Source of the DNA: Wallemia ichthyophaga EXF-994
Lineage: Eukaryota; Fungi; Basidiomycota
Direction of reading: 5' to 3'
NCBI RefSeq assembly: GCF_000400465.1
Contig: NW_008806287.1
Span: 180,001 to 212,000 of the forward strand
DNA length: 32,000 nucleotides
The notes beneath the pieces are model-generated. The model had not been told where the DNA came from, did not search any database, and worked only from the letters and a program-made list of their open reading frames with translations. Shown here piece after piece: positions 31,685 to 32,000 of this stretch (position 1 is its first letter; every line of letters starts with the position of its first letter). The position numbers and the translations under genes were made by a program.

Positions 31685-32000
<316 letters not shown>

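Overview
Eukaryotic (fungal, most likely basidiomycete) chromosomal DNA from an extremely compact genome: about 22 protein-coding genes in 32 kb, 40-65 nt GT-AG introns, and most intergenic gaps under 200 nt. This architecture resembles Wallemia, which is an inference and not a database match. Gene order: protein-tyrosine phosphatase (partial, absent from the ORF track), a 106-aa COG7-N-like ORF overlapped at both ends, dynactin p62, OXLD1-like, a 2.1-kb gene-free gap with an intron-containing tRNA-Tyr, NUP82, RMT2, a Zn2Cys6 factor, Gag1-like clamp protein, LSM3, U1-C, CCDC97-like, SUA5, an orphan tail-anchored coiled-coil protein, DID2, metacaspase, LCCL membrane protein, RRN3, fructosamine kinase, a ModF/YDR061W-like dual ABC ATPase, a DEDH Argonaute, ADE13 and the 3' end of GAPDH. 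I saw no transposon, CRISPR array or biosynthetic cluster, and I cannot support a wholly new multi-gene system. The most notable signals are architectural: divergent start codons only 33-44 nt apart, operon-like tandem runs, a doubly overlapped gene, a small cluster of splicing genes, relaxed splice donors and microexons inside catalytic motifs. All exon models were built by hand and need RNA-seq confirmation.
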